A stretch of DNA of 64,000 bases. Origin: Octopus sinensis. Its lineage: Eukaryota. Location of the stretch: contig NC_042998.1 of the NCBI RefSeq assembly GCF_006345805.1, positions 94,922,001-94,986,000 of the forward strand. Reading direction: 5' to 3'. The notes under the pieces were generated by a model. It worked only from the letters and a program-made list of their open reading frames with translations. It ran no database searches and had not been told where the DNA came from. The translations under genes were made by a program, and so were the position numbers. This document shows positions 39,577 to 51,977 of the stretch, in pieces. How positions within the stretch are numbered: position 1 is the first letter of the stretch; every line of letters starts with the position of its first letter.

Positions 39577-41014
39577 GCTTCTAATTGCCTTATCTACTAA
39601 GGAACTGTTAACTCGGATTGCTGGTCCCTCTGTTGGGTCGACATTCGGCAGACTCTCTTTATCCCATTCATTTTCTCATTCAGCAACCTTTCATAGTGGC
39701 TCTCCAAGCCTCTCTCTTTGCATCCTCATTTAGCGCAAGTGAACCGTCATCCTTGCGAACACACTTCTCTCCTACCACGTCACGTTCTCTCTCACACACT
39801 GTCTTGCAACACGAAATACCTCAAGTCTTTCATCCTCACGGCGCAGGACATTGGCAAATTTTCCTTATCTGCCCCCCTCTGGCTAGATAGACCTGTCTCC
39901 TGGCTTCCCTTCTGGCAGTCTGATACACTTCCCTGCTACCACCGTTCTTCCAGGCCTTCCAAGCCTGTTTCTTTGTCTAATAGCCCTGTCAACAATATTG
40001 TTCCACCACCACGTTTTTGGGTCTTAAGGGGACTTTGTACCAGCCACAGATCTGGTCAGCGGCTTTCAGCAGGTTGTCCCTCAGAAGCGTCCAGTTGTCT
40101 TCTACCCCCTGCGTAGCTATACTCCCTTCCATTTCGTCTAAGGCTTCAAATAACATATCTCTAAATCTCTGTCCATTCGCAGGGTCTTTAAGCTTCCAGA
40201 CCCTTCTTCTCCATGTTGGTCGTCTTCTAGTCGCCCTCTTAGTCCTGATCCTAAAGTCACTAACTACCAGTCTATGTTGTGGGGTGCATTCTTCGCCTGG
40301 GAAGGTTTTGGCATTTATAAGCAGCCATCTTTCCTTTTTCTGCAAGGATGTAGTCGATTTGGCTAGTATGCCGGCCCGATCGGTAGGTGACCAGGTGGCT
40401 TGTCGGTTTCCTGAAGTTAGTGTTGCAAACCATAAGACTATTCGCATCGCAGAACTCCAGCAGCCTGGTTCCCTCCTCGTTGCGGGAACCATAACCGTAG
40501 CCTCCATGCACGCCATGGAAGCCCCCAGCACATCGTCCAACATGCCCATTGAAGTCACCAGCCACAAAGAGAAGGTCCCTGTCGTTCGTCAATGATGTGG
40601 TCTGCAGTAGGGTGTCATAGAAACAGTCTTTCTGTCCATCAGGTAGCCCTGGCTGAGGGGCATAGGCCGATATAATAGTTGCTAACATGGAGCACTAATC
40701 TAATCTTAATTATTCTGTCACATACTCTGACTACCTCGATTACCTTATCTACCCATTTTTCGGCGATAAGCATGCCCACTCCCCCGACCCCGTCAGTATT
40801 CCAGCCCAGAAAAATCTTGTACCTCTGTCCTTTACCTGTGAGGAACCTAGCAGAACCTCCTCTCCACCTCACTTCTTGAATGCAGCATATATCCACACAC
40901 CTCCGTTCAAGCAATTCAACGATCTCGCCAGATCTGCCTTTCAGTGTGCCAACGTTGAGGGTGCCAACCCTGAGGGTGTGGGTGGTGGTGGTATTGGGCC
41001 TAGTTTAGCGTCAT
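39577..41014 (-). pseudogene. RTE ORF2 N-terminal part: APE endonuclease and linker, frameshifted in this sequence
   Basis: LRVGTLNVGTL, DICCIQEVRW, IISAYAPQ, AGDFNGHVG, SQIDYIL and QHRLVV motifs are spread over frames (ORFs 40639..40914, 40272..40688, 39989..40567). Confidence 0.92.
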
Positions 41015-41097
41015 GGACCTGAAAAGAAAATCGTGTTGGCAGGATTCATAGACAGACAATAGAACTTAAGTTCAAACCGCGTACACAACACTAAACA

Positions 41098-41220
41098 TAT
41101 CTTGCAATGAATGACCACTACCTTTTATGGAAGGAGGTGGGGGTGGCGTAAGACTTGAGTGTATCTTGCAATGAATGACCACTACCTTTTATGGTAGGGG
41201 GTGAGGGTGGCGTAAGACTT
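41098..41220. repeat. Tandem duplication of ~60 bp in the RTE 5' region
   Basis: tatcttgcaatgaatgaccactaccttttatgg...gggtggcgtaagactt occurs twice, 64 bp apart. Confidence 0.9.
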
Positions 41221-41974
41221 TGAAGTGTACAAGGGAGACAAGGATGAGAAAATTTAGGACTTCCTGTACCGGTGGAGGGGGGGTGGAGGGGCGGGTGGCC
41301 TGCGAAAGCCGGCAGCCATTCCTTTCTTAGGAGAGAAATAGTTATTGAGAAATAGTTATTGGTATAAATACCTAAATTTGCCTAATCTATGGTAGAAGCG
41401 TGAGCGATAAAGAGCTATAAATTATAAATAATCATTTATTTATATTACGAGGCGTGAGACATCGATAAAATTTAGGGGCAAGCTATAAGATTAAACTAAT
41501 ATTTAACACAAGACATGGGACAACGATAAATAATTAGATGAACTTAGAATTATGTACATATAAAAGAATACTAGGCGTGAGGAGGTTGATTATACAAGTC
41601 ATAACAATAATAGTAAAGATAAAACAGGGTAACTAAAAGATCAGATCAATTGCAGATAGAATAGCAGGTACGGGATGAATTAAATATAGATTGCTTAGCT
41701 TGGATTCATTTTTCGTAGTAGTCGGCAAGGCAAAGGTTTGAATTCAAGTGGGGCCGTTAATAAACAGTCGCTGGTTATATGCATATAGGGTGGTGGAGAA
41801 GGGGAGTCGAATGGCGATCGAAATAGATAGAAGACAATTGAAGATACATATATATACACATATATAGATTATACATATACATATATATAATATATATATA
41901 TATATGTATATATTTATATATTCATATATATATATATATGTATATATATATATCTTATATATGTATATATATTA

Positions 41975-42009
<35 letters not shown>

Positions 42010-42056
42010 ATATATATATAGCATGTATATATATATATATATATTATATATATATA

Positions 42057-42094
<38 letters not shown>

Positions 42095-42130
42095 GTATAT
42101 ATATATGATATAAATATATTATATTATATA

Positions 42131-42176
<46 letters not shown>

Positions 42177-42218
42177 ATAATATATATATATAATATATAT
42201 ATATATATAATTATCTAT

Positions 42219-42289
<71 letters not shown>

Positions 42290-42312
42290 TATATATATAT
42301 ATATATGTACAT

Positions 42313-43482
42313 ATCATCATCATCATCATATCATTAACGTCCGCTTTCCATGCTAGCATGGGTTGGACGGTTCAACTGGGGTCTGGGGAGCCCGAAAGCT
42401 GCACAGTCCAGTCAGATCTGGCAGTGTTTCTACAGCTGGATGCCCTTCCTAACGCCAACCACTCCGAGAGTGTAGTGGGTGATTTTATGTGCCACCGACA
42501 CAGGTGCCAGACGAGGCTGACAAACGGCACGCTCGGATGGTGTTTTTATGTGCCACCGACACAGGTGCCAGACGAGGCTGGCAGACAGCCACGCTCGGAT
42601 GGTGTTTTTTTATGTGCCACCGACACAGGTGCCAGACGAGGCTGGCAGACGGCCACGCTCGGATGGTGTTTTTATGTGCCACCGACACAGGTGCCAGACG
42701 AGGCTGGCAGACGGCCCGCTCGGATGGTGTTTTTATGTGCCACCGACACAGGTGCCAGATGAGGCTGGCAAACGGCCACGATCGGATGGTGCTTGTTACG
42801 TGCCACAGACGGAGGCCAGTCGATGCGGGTACTGGCTACGGCCATGTTCGGATGGTTTTCTTATGTGCCACGTGCCACCGGCACTGGTACCACAAAGATA
42901 CAAATTCCATTGATGTTCATCTATTTTGATTGTTTTGATTTGATTTGATTTTCACTTGCCTCAACAGGTCTTCACAAGTGTCACAAGAAGGAAGGTATGC
43001 ACAGGTGGACTGACTACGTCCAGGTAGGGGCCATGGGTTATGGCCTGACTAGTCTTGCCGGGTCTTCGGATGGTGTTTTTATGTTGCCACCGAACAGGTG
43101 TGCTAGATGAGGCTGGCGAACGGCTACGATCGGATGGTGTTGTATGTGCCCACCGCACTGACTACGGCACTGATGGATTTCTTGTGTGCCACAGGCACTG
43201 GTACCACAAGATACAAATTCCATTGATGTCATCTATTTTGTCTATTTGATTTGATTTGATTTGATTTTCACTTGCCTCAACCGGTCTTCACAAGTGTCAC
43301 AAGAAGGAGGAAGGTATGCACAGGTGGACTGACTAGTCTTGCGGGTCTTCGGAAGGTGTTTATGTGCCACCGACACAGGTGCAGATGAGGCTGGCGAACG
43401 GCCATGATCGGATGGTGTGTGTTACGTGCCCACAGCACGGAGGCCGGTCGATGCGGAAACTGGCTACGGCCACGTTCGGATG
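42313..43482 (-). mobile_element. 5'-truncated RTE copy consisting only of the repetitive 3' UTR
   Basis: Near-identical to 36706-37978 but with five 62 bp units; (GAT)n tail; TA tracts on both sides. Confidence 0.9.
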
Positions 43483-43528
43483 AGGTTGTTATGTACGTAT
43501 ATATATTATATATGTATGATATATTAAC

Positions 43529-43560
<32 letters not shown>

Positions 43561-43644
43561 GTACATAGATATATATATATATATATATGTATATAATTTA
43601 GTATGTATATATAATATGATATATATATTATAGATATATATATG

Positions 43645-43683
<39 letters not shown>

Positions 43684-43702
43684 TAAATATATGTATATAT
43701 AT

Positions 43703-43740
<38 letters not shown>

Positions 43741-43748
43741 TATATAAT

Positions 43749-43786
<38 letters not shown>

Positions 43787-43818
43787 TAAATATATATATA
43801 TGTTATATATAGCTATAT

Positions 43819-43861
<43 letters not shown>

Positions 43862-43863
43862 TA

Positions 43864-43932
<69 letters not shown>

Positions 43933-43975
43933 GTATTATATATATATATAGTGTGTATATATATATAGATATATA

Positions 43976-44016
<41 letters not shown>

Positions 44017-44229
44017 TGTATATAATACATATATATATATGTATATATATACATATATATATATAATGAATATATATACATATATATAATATATGTATAT
44101 ATATACATATATATATATATGTATATATATACATATATATATATAATATATAGATTATATAATATATATATATATAATATGTATATATCTATATATATAT
44201 AGGTTATATATGTATATATATTATATATG

Positions 44230-44269
<40 letters not shown>

Positions 44270-44414
44270 TAGATGTATATATATATATATATATGTATAA
44301 TATATATTATATATGTCTATATGTATATATATATATATATATTATATATATATATATATATGTAATATATATGTAATATATATATGTATATATATGTATA
44401 TAGATATATATATG

Positions 44415-44460
<46 letters not shown>

Positions 44461-44475
44461 ATATATATATATATG

Positions 44476-44528
<53 letters not shown>

Positions 44529-44554
44529 TATTATATAGATATATATATATATGT

Positions 44555-44585
<31 letters not shown>

Positions 44586-44634
44586 GTATATATATATATG
44601 TATATATATGTATATATATATATGTATATATATG

Positions 44635-44781
44635 ATATATAAATATAACGATTTAGGAGTGACCTGTTGGGGTCACTCCTAAATCGTTATATTTATATAT
44701 TTAGTCGATGACTATTTTCTCTTTTTCACCAGGCCGCTGGTGCGATAAATTCTATTGAATTTTTTGCTACCCTAAATTGAC
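44635..44781 (+). mobile_element. Short fold-back element in (TA)n: perfect 30 bp inverted arms + 81 nt tail (Penelope-like terminus?)
   Basis: 44635-44664 is the exact reverse complement of 44671-44700 (loop tgttgg); unique tail to 44781. Confidence 0.65.
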
Positions 44782-44907
44782 TATATGTATATATATTATA
44801 TATATATATTATATATATATGTATATATATGTATATATATATAATGTATATATATGATATATATATATGTATATATATGATTATATATATATGTATTATA
44901 GATGTAT

Positions 44908-44960
<53 letters not shown>

Positions 44961-45049
44961 ATATATATAATATATATATGTAATATATATAGATATATAT
45001 GATATACTATATATATATATATGTTATTATATTATATATATTATATATG

Positions 45050-45083
<34 letters not shown>

Positions 45084-45127
45084 TGTAATATATGTATATA
45101 TATATATATGTATATATATATATGTAT

Positions 45128-45178
<51 letters not shown>

Positions 45179-45329
45179 AATATATATATATATGTATATA
45201 TATATAGATATATATATACTATAATATAATATATATATGTAGATATATATATATATATGGATTATATATATATATATATGTGTATATGATATATATATAT
45301 TTATATATATATGATATATATATAATATA

Positions 45330-45376
<47 letters not shown>

Positions 45377-45437
45377 GTATTGTATATATATGTATATGTA
45401 TATATATATATATGTATATATATATGTATATATAATT

Positions 45438-45468
<31 letters not shown>

Positions 45469-45569
45469 GTATATATATATAAGTATATATATATATATGT
45501 ATAATATTATGTATAATAGATATGTATTATATATATAGTATATGTAGTATACATATATATATATATTAC

Positions 45570-45612
<43 letters not shown>

Positions 45613-45953
45613 ATATATATATGTTATATATATATGTATATATATATGATAGATGTATAATATATATATATATGTATATATATATATGTATATATATAGT
45701 ATATATATATGTGTATATAATATGTATATATATATGTATATATATATGCATATATATATGCATATATATATATGATATATATATACATGCATATATATAT
45801 ATGCATATAATATATGCATATATATATAGCAATATATATATATGCATTATATATTATATATGCATATATATATATATGCATATATATATATGCATATATA
45901 TATATGCATTTATCTATATATAATATATATATATTATATGCATATATAAGATA

Positions 45954-46014
<61 letters not shown>

Positions 46015-46192
46015 GCAACCACTACACTCTTAGAGTGGTTAGCATTAGGAAGGGCATCCAGCTGTAGAAACTTGCCAGATCAGACTGGAGCCTGGTGTAG
46101 CCTTCTGGTTCGCCAGCCCTCAGTCAAACCATCCAACCCATGCCAGCATGGAAAGTGGACATTAAACGATGATGATCATATATATATATACA

Positions 46193-47056
46193 CAGGGTAG
46201 GTAGAAAGTAACTAGGCATTAGAAATTGCTTATAGAATATTTAGTATCACTGAAATCATGACAGAAACATTTTTTAAACAGACAGCACTAATGGGGATTT
46301 CTTATTTTCTTACTGTTATATTTCTTGTTTTTCAGATGGCCAGTTGCTTGACTGTTCAGAAGCAAGCTAAGATAGCAGCATGCTATGTAGTGTGGAATTC
46401 CATTGTTTTGGTTCAGAGATGGTGGCGTGCATGCAACACTATGTCTGGAGACAAGAAAAAGTGTCATGCAGAGCCGATGACCATGGGCTCTGTGAATGAT
46501 GCAAGAAGTGGCTGTCCAACCACATCCCAATCAGCAGAGTATGTGGCGACAGTGCAGGAAATGTTTAATTGCAGCCTGCAAAAATCAACACGTCAAGCAA
46601 CTCGTGAAAGTGGACTAACAAGACACACAATACATACGGTGTTGCATAAAGAATTGAATTTTCGTCTGTGGAAACCCCATTGCATGCAGGAACCAAAACC
46701 TGAAGACTGTGACTGCAGAAGTCCAGAACCCCAAGAAGTCTAGATTTCACTCATTGTGATTTTTACCTGTGGGGTTACACAAAAGAGGAGGTGTACAAGA
46801 CAAAACCTCACACACTGGAGGACTTGGAGACACGGATTCAGGAGGTTCTCAATGATATCCCAGATGATGTCCCTTGGAAGGATGTTTATTCCATCCCTAG
46901 AGGTTTGAGGAAACTGGTTGATGCCACAGGTGCTAAAGTTTTACTTTCATTTTTCCATGTAATAAAGAATGTGTATCAGTTGTTTCAATAAATTTGTAAA
47001 AGGAATATAGATTTTTTTACCAATATTTAATATCTATTTACTGTTCACCCACCCTG
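46193..47056 (+). mobile_element. Internally deleted Tc1/mariner-superfamily transposon
   Basis: TIRs cagggtaggtagaaagtaa / ttactgttcacccaccctg. HTH region (GSVND..RSGCP, KSTRQ..RESGL..TIHTVLHKEL) joined directly to PRSLDFTHCDFYLWGYTKEEVYKTKP; the first catalytic residues are deleted. Confidence 0.85.
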
Positions 47057-47363
47057 TATATGTGTGTGTATATATATATATATATATGATGGGATTTTTT
47101 CAGTTTCTATTAACCAAATCCACTCACAAGGCTTTGGTTGGCTCAGAAGTACAGTAGAGGATACTTGCCTAAGGTGCTACGCAGTGGGACTGAACCTGAA
47201 ACCATGAGGTTGGAAAGCAAACTTCTTAACTACACAGTCATACATGCATATTGTTAGTGTATAACTGAGTGAGTTAGCATAGGTGATGTTCAAATCATAA
47301 CATGGATATGTAGACCTAAAATAACTGTAGAGAAATATTTATTTTGCTTCAGCTGTAAGTTAA

Positions 47364-47580
47364 CCCTTTGGCATTTAAACTGGCCATATCTGGCCCAAAT
47401 ATTCAACATGTTTGATGTTGAAACCAGTCAGATCCAGTCTCTCACACCTGCACTACAATGTCATTCAAAAATAGCTATTATATCATCAAATTTTAAAGCT
47501 ATGAGATAATGCATGATTAATTCAAAACAATGTGAATAAAGATGCATTATATTTGACAGAGTAATCTGAATGCTAAAGGG
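47364..47580. mobile_element. piggyBac-type MITE
   Basis: TTAA|CCCTTTGGCATT ... AATGCTAAAGGG|TTAA. Confidence 0.78.
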
Positions 47581-47625
47581 TTAATGCAGTGCTCTTAATT
47601 ATCTTTGCCAGTTTGTATTTTTATG

Positions 47626-47712
47626 ACTTGATCAGAGGAAGGACTTGATCAGAGAAAGGAGCTCATCAGAGGAAAGACTTGATCAAAGGAAAGACTTGAT
47701 CAGAGGAAGGAC
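47626..47712. repeat. 17 bp tandem repeat x5 (gacttgatcagaggaa-R)
   Basis: Direct reading. Confidence 0.85.
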
Positions 47713-50700
47713 AGCACCCATAACCTCTTTGTTGGACCTCCAAGACTAGTTGAAAGGGGAAAAAGAAATCGAACCCATGACTTATGGATTTCCATAGTGG
47801 ACAGCATCTCATCAAGATACAATGTTATCCAACAGAGTGGTCTCCACTAAAGTTGCCAAAGGGCCAGGAGACTGTATAAACCATGACTTACATCACCAAC
47901 CAAGACCATCTTTTGAATAGACATCCTTCCAACTCAGTTTCACTCACAAATTGTAAGTCGACATGAGACTACCGTAGAAGACACTTGCCCAGTTAGAAAT
48001 ACCCATGTATCATCATCATCTTCACCACCATTTAACATCCACTTTTCCATGCTTGTAAGGGTCAGGTGGAATTTGGAGAAGCAGATTTTAATCAGCCAGC
48101 GGCCATTTCTGTCATCGACCATCACATGCTTCCAAGCAAAATAATATTTTCCCATAGCTAAACATGGATGAGTAGAAATGAATAACCTTGCTTGTATGAT
48201 GACGACACTCACTTGCAGCCATCACATAATGTCTAGGCAGAGTTACACACATATACATACACATACTTTTGTTGTACCAAAGGAAAGATTTATGCTGATG
48301 TTAATAACACACACACTGGTTCAATTCCACTCCTTTATTATTCATCAATTGGTTTAATATGAGTCTAACAGATCATTTGTTTAATTTGTTGGTTAAACAA
48401 TCAGTCATTTGCTTGGTTTTTTTTCTTTCTTTTTTTTTGTCAAAGTCTTTTTGTTGCTATTTGCAACTTGTACAGTGACTTCCCTCATAGTCCGTTACGG
48501 AGGCCACGTGAGTCAGTCTGAGACCTTGTTGCTTTTATGTGCGTAGAATATGGTAAAGTAGGTGTGTGTGTGTAGGATTATCTGCGAGAGTTCACAGAAG
48601 CATTCACATCCTTACATACATTACATACATATACTACAGGCTTCTTTCAGTTTCCATCAACCAAATCTACTCACAAGGCTTTGGTTAGCCCAAGGCTATA
48701 TAGTAGAAGAAATTTGCCCAAGGTGTTGTACAGTGAGATTGAACCTGAAAGCATGTGGTTAGGGAAGCAAGCTTTTTAATCACACTTAAAAACATGCCAA
48801 ATCAGTTTAACTATACTTTTTACTGCCACATGTTGAATCAAGCTTTGTGAATGAAAGTGGGAAGAAAGAAACTCTGGAGGAAGAAAGTTTATTAAATAGG
48901 TGGTCTTCAGTGGCAGAACTAATCTGGTTTAATACCATCACCTGGGCCTTGGGTGACTTTAGTGGAGACTTCTCTGTTGGATAACATTTGCACTGTTTCA
49001 AAGGTTACCACATTAAAATCTCACATGCTTCAACTCTGACATTATTAGGTATTAACATTTTCAATATTATCAATAGCAATCTTGGATTTTGGATCATCAT
49101 AATCATCATCATCACCACCACTACCACCACCATCATATTCTTCTTCTTCTTCTTCTTCTTCGTCGTCATCATCATTGCTGCTGCCACCACCATCATCTTC
49201 ATCAATTAACATCTATTTTTCCAAGCTTTGCATGAGTCAGGTGGAATTTGTTAAGGTAGATTTTTTTCGTGATGCTTGTTTACAACCATCATATGATGCC
49301 AAAGAAAGAGTTCACACAGACACTTCCATACATTACACACACACACAAACACACACACGTGCGTGCACGCACACACACACACTCACACACATACAGCAGG
49401 CTTATTTCAGTTTCTGTCTACCAAATCTACTCACAAAGTTCTGACTAGCCAAGGACTATAACAGAAAGAACTTGTCAAAGGTGGGCTTGAACTTGAGAGT
49501 ACAGGGTTAGGAAGCAAGCTTCTTGCCTATGCTTTCAAAATTTAGTTTCATCATCATCATCATCCAGTATTTTAAATCCAGGTTTTGTCCCCTTTAACAG
49601 GGGTGGCCGGATCTACCTCAATGCCATAGCATTTGTTGTTCTTTATTTCATAAGTGACGAAATGGCCAAATGGACAAAATATTACTAAAAGCTCAAGAAT
49701 TGAATTCCAATCTCAAGCAGAACTTTGGTTAGGATTTAATTTCCAGTGCCTTGATTCACCTGTTTATAGGGAAATGACACTACACAGTCTGAGAATGTTA
49801 CCTGTGAGATTCCTCTAATTTGCTTAATCATACTCAATATAATGTGCTTCTACAAAACATGGTCGCATGTATATTTTTCTGCTTATACTCTCTTGGTGTG
49901 GATAGAGTTATGAGAACTTTACAATCTAATAAATGTAATTAAAACTAATTAGAAAACTTTAATTACAATTTCTTCATATCTATAAGAGTGATTATAGTAG
50001 TTAAACAGTCATTAATTTACAAGAATGAAACACGTTTTGTGAATTAATTATTTTGTACTATTCTGGCATGTTTTAAATATTTTATGATATAGCATAATAA
50101 TTTCAAAGACAATATAGATTTTACAATTTTTATATACTAAACACTTCTCAAAAATTTTAGTCTTTCCTAATGAGTGAATAGAACTACAGAAAAGATATAT
50201 ATATATATATATACATATATATATACATACATATATATATATATTATATGAAGAGTACTTGTTTAAAGATACATATAAAAATATACAAATTTGCACATTT
50301 TAAAAAGTCTTAATTCTTCAGAAAAATTACAACTGTGTCACAATGCCAAGAAGAATGACTTTTCTGATCACATCAACAACCATCCAATTGTTAATATCTC
50401 AAAGTTTTTTTTATTCTCTGACTTGTTTCAGCCATTAGACTGCTGGCATGCTGGAGCACTGCCTTGAAGCATCCAGTTGATCAAATCAACTCCAATATAT
50501 TAATAGTCCTCTTTTTGTCAAACTGCTATGTTGTAGGAATGTAAACAAACCAACACCATTTGTCAAGCAATTAGAAGCAAACATAAACACAAATAAATAC
50601 ACATATATATATGAGATAGGCTTCCACAGTTTCCATCTACAAAGTTTCCTTACAAGGAAATCATCAGCTCAGGACTATTTGCTGAAGGTGTCCTACAATG

Positions 50701-50829
50701 GAGCTAATCCTGAAAATTTAAGGCTGTGAAGTAAAATTCTTCATCATACAGCTATGCTTGCAGAGTTTCATATTTTTAAAAAAATCATTTGGTCTAGAAG
50801 AAGGGATTGAATTGTGCCCATTACAAGCC

Positions 50830-51400
50830 CCCATCATCATTACCAAAAGAAAGACATGGTCAATGTTTTTGTGAAACAGAAGTCAGTGTCTGAGGGAAAG
50901 CCTGGGCAGAGAAAGAATTCCAAGTTGACATTCTGGGGAAGAAGGATTAGAGGAGCGGTATTAGTGTGGGTCTTGGGAATGTACACATAATATAGGCAAC
51001 AAGAAGAGAGACAAATGAATTGGGTGAACCTGAGTTGAGATGAACACAAAATCCAGGCAGCTTAAAGGAGCAGAGGCCACTGTAATGGTGATAGTGGTAG
51101 AAGGTAGAGTGAGGAGATAGCAAGTCTGTGGGCCAGATGTTGAAATGTGCTGGTGAGGAACTCCATGCTGATCAATAAGGTGGAATAGTAGCAATACCAC
51201 TGAATATGTAGGAGCAGTATACCATTGTGGGTCTCACTTGAGTTTTGTAGAGAGTTAGCAATTGCATATTCTGATTCTGAAGAGGAAGGTCAGTCTCTGT
51301 GATGCAGTTTTTACCCAGTTGTGGAGGTTAGCCTTCCAGAAGAGATCCTTAGCAATTGTGAGGCCTAGAATTTGTAGTGAGTTTTAAGGTTTCAGGGAAG
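50830..51400 (-). mobile_element. Decayed CR1/Jockey-group LINE, RT C-terminal fragment
   Basis: Minus strand encodes NSLQILGLTIAKDLFWK and TLYKTQVRPTMVYCSYIFSG (cf. LYK.QIRP.MEYCSHIW.G). A separate plus-strand relic DFDKVWH lies at ~51560-51600. Confidence 0.65.
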
Positions 51401-51757
51401 GTAGGAGTATAAGACTGTTTTCTTGGAATGAGAACACAGTTGAAATTACTTTGCTGGAGACTATTGATGGAAACATTTGAAATCAATGACTTCTTTTATC
51501 ACTTTGTGTCACTTTCTCTCTTCAGTGATCACCATTTTCGTTGTCATACATAATGCTGTTGACTTTGACAAAGTCTGGCATCTAAACCCTGTTGCTAAGT
51601 TACCCAATTAATGTCTTTATGAGTCAATATGCAAGTTATGCACTCCATATCAATCATGCAGTGTTTCCTCAAACCGAAATCCTGAAAAGATTCACCAATA
51701 AAGATATGACAAACTAGTTAGTCTTTTTCAACAGCACCAATACACACTCATTACATA

Positions 51758-51977
51758 CAAGCCAGTGCTGAAAAAGTTCCTGGCTTTGGGTAAAAGAAAA
51801 AGTACAGGAGGATCAGTTAATTATGATTTTATTCAACATATCCCACTCTCAGATTTACACACTTATTGCAGCAGTCCTTCAGTTTTTCTAGGCCCTGTAA
51901 AAGAACTCTGAAGATTGGGCCTCCAACCAGGCGTTCTGTGATACCCTTAAAACCAGGAACTTTCCAGCACCCACTCT
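51758..51977 (-). mobile_element. Mariner deletion derivative (MITE)
   Basis: TIR-like gtgctgaaaaagttcctgg / ccaggaactttccagcac; transposase end GLEKLKDCCNKCVNLRVGYVE*. Confidence 0.75.

Larger units (their letters stand above)
36706..41846 (-). mobile_element. Near full-length RTE-clade LINE (~5.1 kb) inserted in (TA)n
   Basis: APE + RT coding region 37960-~41014, ~0.8 kb CpG-containing 5' region, 1.25 kb repetitive 3' UTR, (GAT)n tail, (TA)n on both sides. The 5' boundary is inferred from the start of the TA tract. Confidence 0.9.
41847..46013. repeat. Very long imperfect (TA)n tract (~3 kb of TA) hosting insertions
   Basis: TA blocks at 41847-42311, 43490-44640 and 44782-46013; source of all IYIY ORFs. 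Confidence 0.97.

Noticed and set aside
38549-40595. Plus-strand ORFs of 70-190 aa
   Set aside because: Antisense shadows of RTE ORF2.
41330-41846. HDV-like ribozyme expected at some RTE 5' ends
   Set aside because: Could not draw the nested double pseudoknot by eye; needs a descriptor search.
41955-46200. Many 100-170 aa IYIY-rich ORFs (also 54528-55794)
   Set aside because: Translations of (TA)n/(CA)n microsatellites, which lack stop codons in some frames.
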